Shown: one piece after another, positions 8,330 to 17,600 of the stretch
How positions within the stretch are numbered: position 1 is the first letter of the stretch
Layout: each line of letters opens with the position of its first letter
Assembly (NCBI GenBank): GCA_049967555.1
Contig: JBMFSM010000003.1
Coordinates: 1-24,000 of the forward strand
Direction of reading: 5' to 3'
DNA length: 24,000 nt
Source of the DNA: Candidatus Micrarchaeia archaeon
Lineage (GTDB): Archaea > Micrarchaeota > Micrarchaeia > Micrarchaeales > CABMGC01
Notes under the pieces: generated by a model
What the model saw: only the letters and a program-made list of their open reading frames with translations
Database searches by the model: none
What the model was told of the DNA's origin: nothing
Made by a program: the position numbers and the translations under genes

Positions 8330-8707
8330 TCAATCCCTACGATTTTCCTTATAATCTCTTTCTCTGCTTTTCAATTCTTTTATTTTGAGCTCTGCTTTTT
8401 TCTTTAATTCTTTATCTGTGCTTTTGGCAAAAGCCTCTAGAATACTCTCTGGTACATATGGATTATCTATAATTTGTTCATCTATTTTTTTATCATTAAG
8501 CTTAACAAGCTTCTTGAATATTTGCAATGGGGTTTTTTCCCAAGCCGCAAAAGCTAGCAAGCCGACCATATCTTTATCTTTTAATATCTCTTTAAAGGCA
8601 CTGAAAATTTTGTTTTTGCCAATTTTCTTGTAATTTTCATTCAATGTATCTAGCCACATTTCCTTTTCTACTTTGTCAAGTAATAACTTAATATCATCTT
8701 TTGCCAT
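8330..8707 (-). CDS. Hypothetical helical protein, possibly with a HEAT/LRV-like repeat
   Basis: 125-aa ORF, Lys/Glu-rich. The segment IIDNPYVPESILEAFAKSTDKELKKKA resembles leucine-rich-variant/HEAT repeat units. Divergent from the thermosome gene. Confidence 0.55.
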   Translation of the reverse strand: MAKDDIKLLLDKVEKEMWLDTLNENYKKIGKNKIFSAFKEILKDKDMVGLLAFAAWEKTPLQIFKKLVKLNDKKIDEQIIDNPYVPESILEAFAKSTDKELKKKAELKIKELKSRERDYKENRRD

Positions 8708-8843
8708 ATAATCCCCATTTTGCGAAATTCAAAACTCCTATTTGATAGTATATATATAAAAATATATTCCTTCTTATGTATTATTAATTATTAACCTATA
8801 CACATAAAAAATGCAGTTCTATTTTGATATTAAAGGTGATAAA

Positions 8844-10496
8844 ATGGCTGAAAATCAACTTGGTGCAGGACAACAATATCTTATCTTGCCTGAAGGGGCA
8901 ACAAGAGTACTTGGGAGGGAAGCCCAGAGAGCAAACATAGCTGTGGGTTATGCTGTGGCTAGCGCAGTAAAAACTACGCTTGGACCAAAAGGCATGGACA
9001 AAATGTTGGTAAGTGAGCTTGGTGACATTGTAATAACAAATGATGGTGCTACAATATTGGAAGAAATGAATGTAGAGCATCCTGTGGCAAAAATAATGGT
9101 CGATATTGCAAAGACACAAGACAAGGAGGTAGGCGACGGTACCACAACTGCTGTTATAATAGCAGGAGAACTTCTAAAATCTGCTGGCAATCTGATAGAG
9201 CAGGGCATACATCCTACAACAATAATAAAAGGCTACAAGATCGCTGCAGAAAAAGCAAAAGAAATATTGAGAGAGAAGAGCTTTAGTGTTGGTATTGAAG
9301 ATGAGGACAAGCTCGAGAAAATTGCAATGATAGCTTTAGGCTCAAAGAATATAGGTGGAGAAAACACCAAAAGATATCTTTCTAAGCTAGCAATACAAGC
9401 AATAAAGCAAGTTTCTATAAAAGAAAACAATAAGATCTCCATAGACCACGACTTCGTAAAGCTTGAGAAAAAAGAGGGTGGCGGTATAGAAGATACTGAA
9501 TTTATAAATGGGGTACTCATAGATAAAGAAATAGCTCATCCTGGCATGCCAAAATCAATAAAGAGTGCAAAGATAGCACTTTTGGATGTAGCTTTAGAAA
9601 TAGAAAAGACAGAAACTGATGCAAGGATTGAAATAACCTCTCCTGAGCAGATGCAAGCATTCTTGGCACAGGAAGAAAAAATGCTGAAAGAGATGGTTGA
9701 CAAGATTGCTGCAAGCAAAGCAAATGTAGTCTTTGTGCAGAAAGGTATAGATGATGTTGCACAGCATTATCTTGCAAAAGCAGGAATACTCGCTGTAAGG
9801 AGAGTAAAGAAGAGCGACATGGAAAAGCTTTCAAAAGCCACTGGAGCAAATCTAATAACAAGCCTTGATGATCTTACAGAAAAAGATCTGGGCTTTGCCG
9901 GTCTAGTAGAAGAGCGCAAAATAGCTGGAGAGCAGATGGTTTTTGTTGAAAAATGCAAAGACCCAAAAAGCGTTACAATATTCATAAGAGGGAGCACCCA
10001 ACAGGTAGTTAACGAGGTCGAAAGGTCACTTAACGATGTAATAGGTGCAATATCAAGCGCAATAGAGGAAGGCAAATATGTGATTGGCGGCGGAAGCATA
10101 GAGGTAGATGTAGCAAACAACTTAAGAAACTATTCAAGTGATGTGGGGGGAAGAGAGCAGCTAGCAATACAGGCTTTTGCTGATGCGGTTGAGATAGTGC
10201 CAAAGACACTTGCTGAGAGCGCAGGCATGGATTCAATAGACACGCTTGTACAGCTTAGGAGCAAGCACAAGGGCTCTGAAGGCAGAATATATGGTATAGA
10301 TGTATACAAAAATATCATAGGGGACATGGAAAAGCTTGGAGTAATAGAGCCACTTAAGGTAAAGGAACAGGCAATAACAAGTGCAAGCGAAGCTAGCGAG
10401 ATAATACTAAGAATAGACGATATGATAAGCTCTAAGAGCAAGCCTTCTGCCCCATCTCCTGGCGGAGAGGGTGGAGCAGGAATGATGGAAGATTAA
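8844..10496 (+). CDS. ths: Thermosome subunit (group II chaperonin)
   Basis: Canonical motifs seen: [46 protein letters not shown] and VIGGGSIE, plus a GGM-like C-terminal tail. I place the start at ATG 8844, preceded by AGGTGAT at 8834-8840. The track ORF start at 8811 adds 11 non-homologous residues. Confidence 0.95.
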   Translation: MAENQLGAGQQYLILPEGATRVLGREAQRANIAVGYAVASAVKTTLGPKGMDKMLVSELGDIVITNDGATILEEMNVEHPVAKIMVDIAKTQDKEVGDGTTTAVIIAGELLKSAGNLIEQGIHPTTIIKGYKIAAEKAKEILREKSFSVGIEDEDKLEKIAMIALGSKNIGGENTKRYLSKLAIQAIKQVSIKENNKISIDHDFVKLEKKEGGGIEDTEFINGVLIDKEIAHPGMPKSIKSAKIALLDVALEIEKTETDARIEITSPEQMQAFLAQEEKMLKEMVDKIAASKANVVFVQKGIDDVAQHYLAKAGILAVRRVKKSDMEKLSKATGANLITSLDDLTEKDLGFAGLVEERKIAGEQMVFVEKCKDPKSVTIFIRGSTQQVVNEVERSLNDVIGAISSAIEEGKYVIGGGSIEVDVANNLRNYSSDVGGREQLAIQAFADAVEIVPKTLAESAGMDSIDTLVQLRSKHKGSEGRIYGIDVYKNIIGDMEKLGVIEPLKVKEQAITSASEASEIILRIDDMISSKSKPSAPSPGGEGGAGMMED

Positions 10497-10503
10497 GGAT
10501 AGC

Positions 10504-10531
10504 TTTTTTATTTTTTTCTTCCTTATTTTTT
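10504..10531 (+). terminator. Oligo-T termination tract after the thermosome gene; may double as the A/T-rich promoter element for adk
   Basis: T6 (10504-10509), T7 (10511-10517) and T6 (10526-10531) start 8 nt after the TAA stop. Archaeal termination is oligo-T driven. Confidence 0.5.
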
Positions 10532-10539
10532 ATGATACT

Positions 10540-11103
10540 GTGCCGAAATTTGTTTCTTTTATAATTGCAGGAACTCCTGGGGCCGGAAAAACAACAGTGC
10601 TCGCCGGAGCTAAGCTTGATGAAAAAGGGGCTAAGCTAATAAATATGGGAAGCGAGATGCTTAGGCACTCAAAGCTTCAAGATAGGGACAAGCTGAGGCG
10701 CCTTGACGCTCGTGAGCAAAAAAGGCTAAGGGCAAAGGTTATAAACAGCCTTGCTAAGGAAAAAGGCTTGTTTGTAATAGACACCCATCTTTCAATCAAG
10801 CAGGGAAATATATATCTGCCGGGATTTTCAAGAGACGAGCTTCATAAGCTAAATGTAAAAAGTATAATATATATAGATGCAAATGCAAAAGAGATATTAA
10901 AGAGAAGACTTAAAGATAAGAGTAGATCAAGGGAACAGGAAAGCGAAGAAGAGATAGAGGAACAGAAAAGTATAAATCTTGCAATGCTCAGCGTTGCAGC
11001 AACAGAACTCAACATACCTGTATATATATTTAATAACAAGGAAGGAAAAGCAAAAGAGATATCAAAAGATATTGAAAAATTGTTTGAAGAGGCAGTGCTA
11101 TGA
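10540..11103 (+). CDS. adkA: Archaeal-type adenylate kinase
   Basis: 187 aa with a GTG start. P-loop IIAGTPGAGKTT. Sits in the conserved archaeal position upstream of the DUF106 membrane protein. Confidence 0.85.
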   Translation: MPKFVSFIIAGTPGAGKTTVLAGAKLDEKGAKLINMGSEMLRHSKLQDRDKLRRLDAREQKRLRAKVINSLAKEKGLFVIDTHLSIKQGNIYLPGFSRDELHKLNVKSIIYIDANAKEILKRRLKDKSRSREQESEEEIEEQKSINLAMLSVAATELNIPVYIFNNKEGKAKEISKDIEKLFEEAVL

Positions 11104-11573
11104 TAACAATCGAACTATTTGTTGCACTTGTTGCAATATTATATACACTTCTTTCTTTTATAATTCAGCGCAAGGTAGCAAACATGAAGAAAGTCTATGA
11201 GATGCAGGAAAAGATAAAAGCTAAGAGCAAAGAGCTCAACGAGATGGTAAAAAGTGGAATAAAAAACGAGGAGCTTCTGGCAAAGCAGAAAGAGGTAATG
11301 GGCCTAGCAACCGAAAGTATGGTTAATCAGATGAAACCTATGGTAATAATCCTCCCTCTCTTTCTTATTGTCTATTATCTGCTACTTCCAGCACTTTTTC
11401 CAAACAATCCTACTTTTGTTTTTGGTAGTTTTAAGCTAACTTACAATACATTATTTATACTGATTGTATTTATCTTTGGATTTATCCTCTCTTTTTCATT
11501 TTTGGCGATAGATAAATCAAAAAGAGCTAAGCAGGCACGTGCTGCCCAAGCTGCGGAAGCAAATAAGATGTGA
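11100..11573 (+). CDS. DUF106 family membrane protein (archaeal Oxa1/YidC-like insertase homologue, Mj0480-type)
   Basis: 157 aa. Architecture is TM1, then an amphipathic coiled-coil (KKVYEMQEKIKAKSKELNEM..), then TM2-TM3. Its ATG overlaps the adk stop (ATGA at 11100-11103). Conserved synteny with adk. Confidence 0.8.
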   Translation: MITIELFVALVAILYTLLSFIIQRKVANMKKVYEMQEKIKAKSKELNEMVKSGIKNEELLAKQKEVMGLATESMVNQMKPMVIILPLFLIVYYLLLPALFPNNPTFVFGSFKLTYNTLFILIVFIFGFILSFSFLAIDKSKRAKQARAAQAAEANKM

Positions 11574-11605
11574 GCTCTGTCATTCTACAACACAAAATTT
11601 ACAGG

Positions 11606-11728
11606 ATGCTTAGCAGAAAGCCCACGATCCCAATCGCGTGGGCGTCACCTGAATTTGCCAATAAATTGAGTATTCAGGCAGTGTCGCAAAATGAGCAAAA
11701 TGCTTTTATAATTATGTCTGCTAAGTAT
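11606..11728. ncRNA. Candidate structured RNA element; class unknown and strand uncertain
   Basis: An 11-bp closing helix (11606-11616 with 11718-11728, one G:U on the + strand) encloses two hairpins. The first is GCCCACG/CGTGGGC at 11620-11643. The second is CCTGAAT/ATTCAGG at 11648-11678. GC is about 42-48%, versus about 20% in other spacers. No ORF of 60 aa or more is present. Confidence 0.3.
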
Positions 11729-11871
11729 ATTTTGCTATAATGGCTTTGCATATATAGGGTAGGCGCTTGCATATTGGTTTTTGCCATGCAAAGTGCACAA
11801 ACAGCAAGTGTGCCAGATGCGCTTTGGCGTTATAGCAAATATGTGCTTAACTATATTTAATAGGTGCTTAA

Positions 11872-12198
11872 GTGCCAAAACCAATGTATAGATCAAGAAG
11901 CATAAGAAAGCTAGCTAGGGTTACTCCTAAGAAAAGAAATGTAATACATTACAAAAGAAAGCAGAACCGCTTGCCTAGATGCGCAATATGCGGTAAAGAG
12001 CTAAACGGAATAAACATAAGCAAGAGAGCCAAGGGCAGGAGCTTGAGGAGCAACGAAAGGCTGTTTGGCGGTGTGTTATGTGCAAATTGCACTGCTGACA
12101 TAGTAAAGCTTGCCAGCAGAATTGAGCATGGCGAACTTAAATTAAACGACATAAGAATAAAGCAAAGAGAATTTGTCTTGCAGCTTATTTCACACTAA
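11872..12198 (+). CDS. rpl34e: 50S ribosomal protein L34e
   Basis: 108 aa with a GTG start, preceded by AGGTG at 11862-11866. N-terminus PKPMYRSRSIRK..VIHYKRK and a Cys4 ribbon (CAICG ... CANC) are typical of L34e. Confidence 0.9.
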   Translation: MPKPMYRSRSIRKLARVTPKKRNVIHYKRKQNRLPRCAICGKELNGINISKRAKGRSLRSNERLFGGVLCANCTADIVKLASRIEHGELKLNDIRIKQREFVLQLISH

Positions 12199-12250
12199 CA
12201 CGTTGCGGTTGATTTTTAGGCTTAAAGTTCAACTGCAAACATATAAATAC

Positions 12251-12257
12251 TTTTTTT
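12251..12257 (+). terminator. T7 tract downstream of rpl34e
   Basis: TTTTTTT lies 53 nt after the rpl34e stop, immediately after an ATATAAATA element at 12241-12249. Confidence 0.35.
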
Positions 12258-12273
12258 AGTTATTATCTTATAT

Positions 12274-12289
12274 GCCTTGTCGTCAAGGC
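12274..12289 (+). promoter_or_regulatory. Perfect 6-bp hairpin (GCCTTG-TCGT-CAAGGC) in the predicted cmk leader
   Basis: Inverted repeat seen directly. It lies about 27 nt downstream of the TATA-like ATATAAATA at 12241-12249 and 38 nt upstream of the cmk ATG. Confidence 0.3.
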
Positions 12290-12326
12290 AAATCCGTAAA
12301 TTTTGATACGGGAAGTGTTGCCGCTT

Positions 12327-12863
12327 ATGGAAGCAATAATCATATCTGGTTTGCCAGCTTCTGGGAAAAGCACAGTTGCCGAGATTATAGCAAAGAAACT
12401 GCACATACGGGCAATAAATGTCGGTGATATACTAAAATCAAAATTCGCAGAAAAAGACACAAAATCATTTTGGGATAGCAGCGAAGGTTTTACTGCATTA
12501 AGCAAGAGAGAAAAAGAGGAAAGCATAGACAAAAGCATTGACCGGTTGGTTGTAAACATAATAAAGAGGGGTAATATAGTACTTACAAGTTATGTTATGC
12601 CTTGGATTTCTAAACGCGGCTACAAGGTCTGGCTTGATGCTAGTAAGAAAGAAAGGGCGAAAAGGCTCGCAAAAAGAGACAAAATAAGTATTGAAAAGAG
12701 CGAGAAAATAATAAACAAGAGGGACAAAGAGAATTATATCCTCTACAAAAAGATATACAATATAAAATTTGGAAAGGATAAAAAACCATTTGATTTAATA
12801 ATAGATACTGAAGATCTTTCACCAAAGAAGGTCGCAGAAATAATAATAGAAAAAATAAGGTGA
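12327..12863 (+). CDS. cmk: Archaeal-type cytidylate kinase
   Basis: P-loop MEAIIISGLPASGKST at the N-terminus. Conserved position between rpl34e and rpl14e. The track ORF begins at TTG 12303; ATG 12327 fits family N-termini better. Confidence 0.85.
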   Translation: MEAIIISGLPASGKSTVAEIIAKKLHIRAINVGDILKSKFAEKDTKSFWDSSEGFTALSKREKEESIDKSIDRLVVNIIKRGNIVLTSYVMPWISKRGYKVWLDASKKERAKRLAKRDKISIEKSEKIINKRDKENYILYKKIYNIKFGKDKKPFDLIIDTEDLSPKKVAEIIIEKIR

Positions 12864-12867
12864 TTGC

Positions 12868-13146
12868 TTGGCTTTAATAGAAGTTGGAAGAGTTTGTATA
12901 AAAAAATTCGGAAGAGATGCGGGAAGCAGGGCTGTAATTACAAAAATAAACGATGGGAACTTTGTAAGTATAATAACATCCGATAGGCAGAAAGAAAGAA
13001 AGTGCAACACGAAGCATTTGGAATTTCTCGGAGAAAAGATAGATATCTCAGACAAAGCACAAATAGAAAAGGCGTTGGAAACAAAGTTAAAAGAACAAAA
13101 GGAGAACAAAGAGGAAGCAAAAGTTACAAAGAAAAAGAAGCAGTAA
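12868..13146 (+). CDS. rpl14e: 50S ribosomal protein L14e
   Basis: 92 aa. The KOW-like N-terminus (M)ALIEVGRVCIKKFGRDAGSRAVI is typical of L14e. TTG start with AGGTGAT at 12858-12864. Lys-rich tail. Confidence 0.85.
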   Translation: MALIEVGRVCIKKFGRDAGSRAVITKINDGNFVSIITSDRQKERKCNTKHLEFLGEKIDISDKAQIEKALETKLKEQKENKEEAKVTKKKKQ

Positions 13147-13288
13147 ACCTTTGCAAATATGGTATCCTGCCGTATGCAATATCTGTCGCATAAAATTGTC
13201 TTTTACCTGATGCACAATCTGTCCTGCTGTTCGGTTTGTAGATTTGGAATATAACATTTCTGCTAATGTTTGTTTGGCAGGCTATAGT

Positions 13289-14605
13289 ATGATAAAAATA
13301 ACAAAAAAAATAAGGGATATAATAGAGCGTGACAAAAAGGTGATCATGCCCACAACAAGGGAAAGCTATTCTTTTGTATCATCACATGGTGATGGGGATT
13401 TTGTATATGATGTTGCTGGAAACAAGTTTATAGACTTTTCGAGCTTCATTTCTGTTTATAATCTTGGCGTAAATGCAAACAAGCTTGTAAGGGACGCGGT
13501 GAAAAAGCAGGCCGACAAGCTTATGCATTCCGCATTTACTGATTTTTATTCTGAGCTACCTGTGGAGTTTGCAGAAAACCTGCTTACCCTATTTCCAAAA
13601 GGTTTTGGCAAAGTATTTTTTTCCAATTCTGGTACAGAAGCGAATGAAGCAGCTATAAAATTCTCGAAGATATTCACGAAAAGACAATATACCTTGGCTT
13701 TCTACAACGCCTTTCACGGAAGGACACTAGGTTCGCTTTCACTTACCGCGTCAAAAAGTGTTCAGAGGGAGGGTTTTGGCCCTTTCAATTCAACCTTGCA
13801 CGTACCCTTTGCATATTGCTATAGATGCCCTTTTAATCTGGAATACCCTTCTTGTAGCTTCGCGTGTATCGATTATATAAAAGACTATCCTTTAAGCAAG
13901 GAAGTTTCGCCAGATGAGGTGGCCTCTATTTTTATAGAGCCTGTGCAGGGTGAAGGTGGTTATATAGTGCCACCTCATGACTATTTCAAAAAACTCAAAA
14001 ATCTTGCACATGAGAACGGGATTCTTCTTGTTGATGATGAGGTGCAAGCTGGATACATGAGAACTGGCACCTTCCTTGCTCTTGACAATTATGGGGTGGA
14101 GGCTGATATCTATACAATGGCAAAATCCCTTGGTGGTGGCTTACCGATAGGGGCCACAATATCCAGAAACTCCTTAGGTACAATCCCTGCTGGTTCGCAT
14201 GCAAATACATTTGGTGGCAATTTAATATCTGTGGCTGCTGCCGAAGCTTCGCTCAAATATATAAGGAAAAATATGGATGTTCTAAGTTCTGAGATAAAAA
14301 AGAAGGGCTCTTATATAATGAAAAGGTTGTACGAGATGAAGAAAAAATATGAGGTAGTGGGTGATGTTAGGGGGATAGGGCTGATGATCGGTGTGGAGAT
14401 AGTAAAAGACAAGTACTCGAAGGCGTATGGGATTAGTGAAAGGGACGCCATATTAAAAGAGTGCTTTAACAATGGCCTTCTTATGCTGCCTGCAGGCACA
14501 TCTTCTATAAGGCTTATACCTCCGCTTACTGTAAAACTCTCAAGCATTGAAAAAGGTTTAGAAATATTTGAGAATTCAGTAAAAAAAATTTCAAATAAAG
14601 TTTGA
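13289..14605 (+). CDS. Class III PLP-dependent aminotransferase (GABA / acetylornithine aminotransferase family)
   Basis: Motifs seen: SNSGTEANEAAIK, LLVDDEVQAGYMRTG, and PLP-lysine context IYTMAKSLGGGLPIG. Likely start is ATG 13289; the track ORF starts at TTG 13244. Its 3' end overlaps the convergent PolD large-subunit gene by 15 nt. Confidence 0.85.
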   Translation: MIKITKKIRDIIERDKKVIMPTTRESYSFVSSHGDGDFVYDVAGNKFIDFSSFISVYNLGVNANKLVRDAVKKQADKLMHSAFTDFYSELPVEFAENLLTLFPKGFGKVFFSNSGTEANEAAIKFSKIFTKRQYTLAFYNAFHGRTLGSLSLTASKSVQREGFGPFNSTLHVPFAYCYRCPFNLEYPSCSFACIDYIKDYPLSKEVSPDEVASIFIEPVQGEGGYIVPPHDYFKKLKNLAHENGILLVDDEVQAGYMRTGTFLALDNYGVEADIYTMAKSLGGGLPIGATISRNSLGTIPAGSHANTFGGNLISVAAAEASLKYIRKNMDVLSSEIKKKGSYIMKRLYEMKKKYEVVGDVRGIGLMIGVEIVKDKYSKAYGISERDAILKECFNNGLLMLPAGTSSIRLIPPLTVKLSSIEKGLEIFENSVKKISNKV

Positions 14606-17600
14606 CAAACTGAACTGGTTTGTTGGTATATTGCTCTCGTCAAACAAGCTATAAATCTCATCTCTTGTTAGTGCAAGCCTTTGTTTTATATATGGTTCAA
14701 CATCATATCTTTCTGCGAGGTCTAGAGCCATATTAAGATATTTTTCTATGCCTCCTTTTGAAACGGTCAGGAGAAGTTTGCCTCCATCGCGCGGGCATTT
14801 TCCAGCAAGTGGCACCCGCCTATATTTTGCGTTGCAAACCACACAGCGGAATTCCTGCTTTGAAAAAGTATGCAAATTGCCTATAAGATCTGGTATAAAA
14901 TGGCTTATAATAAGCCTTTTTGCTGCATCCTTTTGGTTTATGCACTTGAGCATATCCATAAGCCTAAATTCTGCATCCACCTTTTCTTGCATTGTCTTGA
15001 GTGTGGTGTATGTGCTTTTCTTAGGCGCGTCGATTATAGCATTCTTGCTAGACAAATGTGTAAATTTCAAATCCTGAAATCTGTTCTCTTTGCCAAGCCT
15101 GTCCTTAACTGTTTCTATAGTCATATCACCAGGTGCTGGATATCCATAACTCTTCTGATAAAATTCAATAGGATATGAGCTTACAACCTCCATAGCATGA
15201 ACTTCATCATCTACCTCTTCAGGCATGACATGTATTGTCAAGATGAGCGGAGCATCCATAGTGCCCCCTATTGTCGTTGGTAAATATTCTCTTGAAAAAT
15301 TTATCAGTGCATCAAGAAGAAGCATTACAGTATCTTCGTCTCCATCGCAATTTCTCCTCCTTGCAGTTATTGTATATGGATGAGCAAAACCTACATTTGC
15401 ATCTGTGAAACCTATTATCCTGCCTGTTACTCCGCAAGATGTGTGTGGTGAGAGAGTTATAACCAACTCTCCGACAAGCTCATTTATGCTTTTGGCGTTG
15501 TAATGTGGTTCAAGGCCATAGAAGCGGACGAGCAAGTCGTCAACGAACTTTGCTGCCCTAAGCAAGTACTCCGCGCCCCTCCTGTTTAGAATTATGTCTT
15601 GGTGCTTAAGCTCAACCAATTGGTCATCGCTTTTAAGTTCATTGCCGTATATGTCCTTTTCATAACCTAGTTCTCTAAGCTTTTCAGCACTTGTGTTTAT
15701 CTCGCTTGGGTAAATATGTGTTATTGGTACATCGGTTGCATCAAAGCGTATGGTCCCATCTTTGAATATATATATGTCATGTAATCTCCTGAGAATACCC
15801 TTTTCTATAGGTTCTGGCACCTTGTCAAGATTTGTCAATCCGATTACGCCTTTCAGCGTGTTTGGCAGACCACCTACACGGAGCCTTTTTATCGAATCTA
15901 TTATAAGGCTTTTTATATCTATATTTCTTGAGCTGTATCCTACTGTTTCGCTGCCGCATTTCTCGCATTTTTTGCTGTATGTTTTATTACCACACTTCGG
16001 GCAAATTCTCTCAATCCTGGCCCTGGCATTGCAATCGTAGCAGAATGGCATGTTAAGGTATCTTTTGCATATATCGCACTTGTAGCTTGCCATTTCAACT
16101 TCCACTCCCTTATTGCTGAATTTTTTATCATCAATTACATATGCTTTTGATATGTTTCTTTCCTTTCCTCCATATTCCCCTATTGGAAATAGTACATTCG
16201 GTGCTGGTTTCATAAGCCTTTCTCTCGCTTTTTCCGGCCTTCCTATTCTCGCGCCTATATATGTTGATCTTTTTGGTATCTTAAAAGGCGAGATGCTGTT
16301 TACAGCCTCTAAAGCAGTGTTGGAGTTTGCAAAATTTGCCGTATTCGTTTTTTTAAGCTTTCCATCGATACCTTCTGCAAATCCCAAACTTGCAAAGAGT
16401 GACTGGGCATACTGTCCATCTATCACTATTTCCGAATTCTCAAATTTATGAGGCACCTGAAGGAGCTCAAGGCTTTTTTTAATCTCTGAATTTTTTATCC
16501 TGAGCTTCTCAATCCCAAACAAAATACCCTCACCACCCTCTACCCTTGAATCTGCCGAGATCGCTTTTACTATATTCTCAAGTTCAGCCACGCTTATGCT
16601 TTGAAATTCAAATAAATATTTTGGGTGTATTGGTATATTGTATTTAAGCGATAACTCATATGCTTCCTTAAAGGTTGCTATGTTGACATCCCCTGTATAA
16701 CCGGAATGCCTTAGCTCCAGCTCCCAAAATTCTTCAACATAGCTGGTTGGTTGTATAGGTGTGTTTGACTTTTTAAAGTCGCCATAGGTTATAAGTATAT
16801 CCCCTACAGAAATTATTTCTTCTATGCTATCTTTGAGCTCCAAAGCGGTTTTTGCATCATTTATCCTGAGCGCCTCTCCAGATTTAAGCCTCACAAAAGG
16901 TCCTTCTATAGAATCAACAGGCGAAGCAACACACCCCTTACCTGGGAGTTCCACTTTTAGCTGCGTGCCTGTTGCGACGAAATTGTCGAGCAATATCATA
17001 GTTGCTGGATTGAAACCCTTTGCAGCTATGCCTGTCAACCTGCTTCTCCCGTATCTTAATCTAAGCCCCCCGATAGTGCTAGGATAAGATATAACTGGCC
17101 TTCCTGCAACAAGCTCCTCAAGAAAAACTGCAATTTTCTCTTCTTTTTCGCTTTTCTCGGATTTATTGACTTTTATCACATTATTTAACCAATCCCAGTT
17201 AAGATTTGCAAGCTTAACTTCTTTTATAAGTTTCTTGGCCTTCTGGGCCACACCCTCGCAAAGCACTAGCGCCACTCCTCCTCTCACTCTATTTGTCATT
17301 GTAGTCTCTTTTCCGTCATAATCTGTTCTTTTTATATCCCTATGTGCTGTTACCTCTACATCCTCTGTGGCAACGCCATCAATGCACACAGGGCAATTGC
17401 TCACAATATTTCTAATATCATCATCGCTTGGCCTGTACTGGAGGTGTTGCTTCATATGGTAAAGCTCTATTTCATCGACATATCTTTCTATCTCATCTTG
17501 TGAAGGTTTGTAAACACCTATATTAAAAAGGCTCCTTGCATAATCGGCAAATGCTACAGATAAAGCGGCAGCCGTGCCTCCTGAGCCACGTATTGGGCCG

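Noticed and set aside
8811-8843. 5' extensions of track ORFs: thermosome 8811, cmk 12303 (TTG), aminotransferase 13244 (TTG), DP1 19527 (TTG) and the 4-TM protein 23320.
   Set aside because: The downstream ATGs align with family N-termini, and they are preceded by an SD site or coupled to an upstream stop. The extensions add non-homologous residues.
9517-9861. Long antisense or out-of-frame ORFs inside real genes. Examples are 9517-9861, 9767-10120 and 10130-10441 in the thermosome gene; 231-518, 596-892 and 899-1285 in hisS; 14748-15178, 16113-16451 and 17657-17983 in PolD DP2; and 19858-20187 in the permease gene.
   Set aside because: All lie wholly within strongly supported CDSs on the opposite strand or in another frame. 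They have low-complexity, Ser/Leu/Phe-rich translations and no recognisable motifs. These are typical shadow ORFs.
11606-11728. Possibility that the 123-nt nested-helix element is a divergent 5S rRNA. The size matches, it has a closing helix, and the loop AUCCCAAUCG faintly recalls 5S loop C (GAUCCCAUUCCGAAC).
   Set aside because: The architecture does not fit. Two independent hairpins plus a 39-nt tail replace the coaxial helix II-III and IV-V arms. The CCGAAC and loop-E signatures are absent. I keep it only as an unclassified candidate; a covariance-model scan with RF00001 would settle it.
13147-13288. Moderately GC-rich spacer after rpl14e with a short direct repeat (GCAATATCTGTC / GCACAATCTGTCC).
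   Set aside because: It is short, has only 4-bp stems, and contains no ORF or recognisable motif. It is most simply a 3'UTR plus the promoter of the aminotransferase gene.
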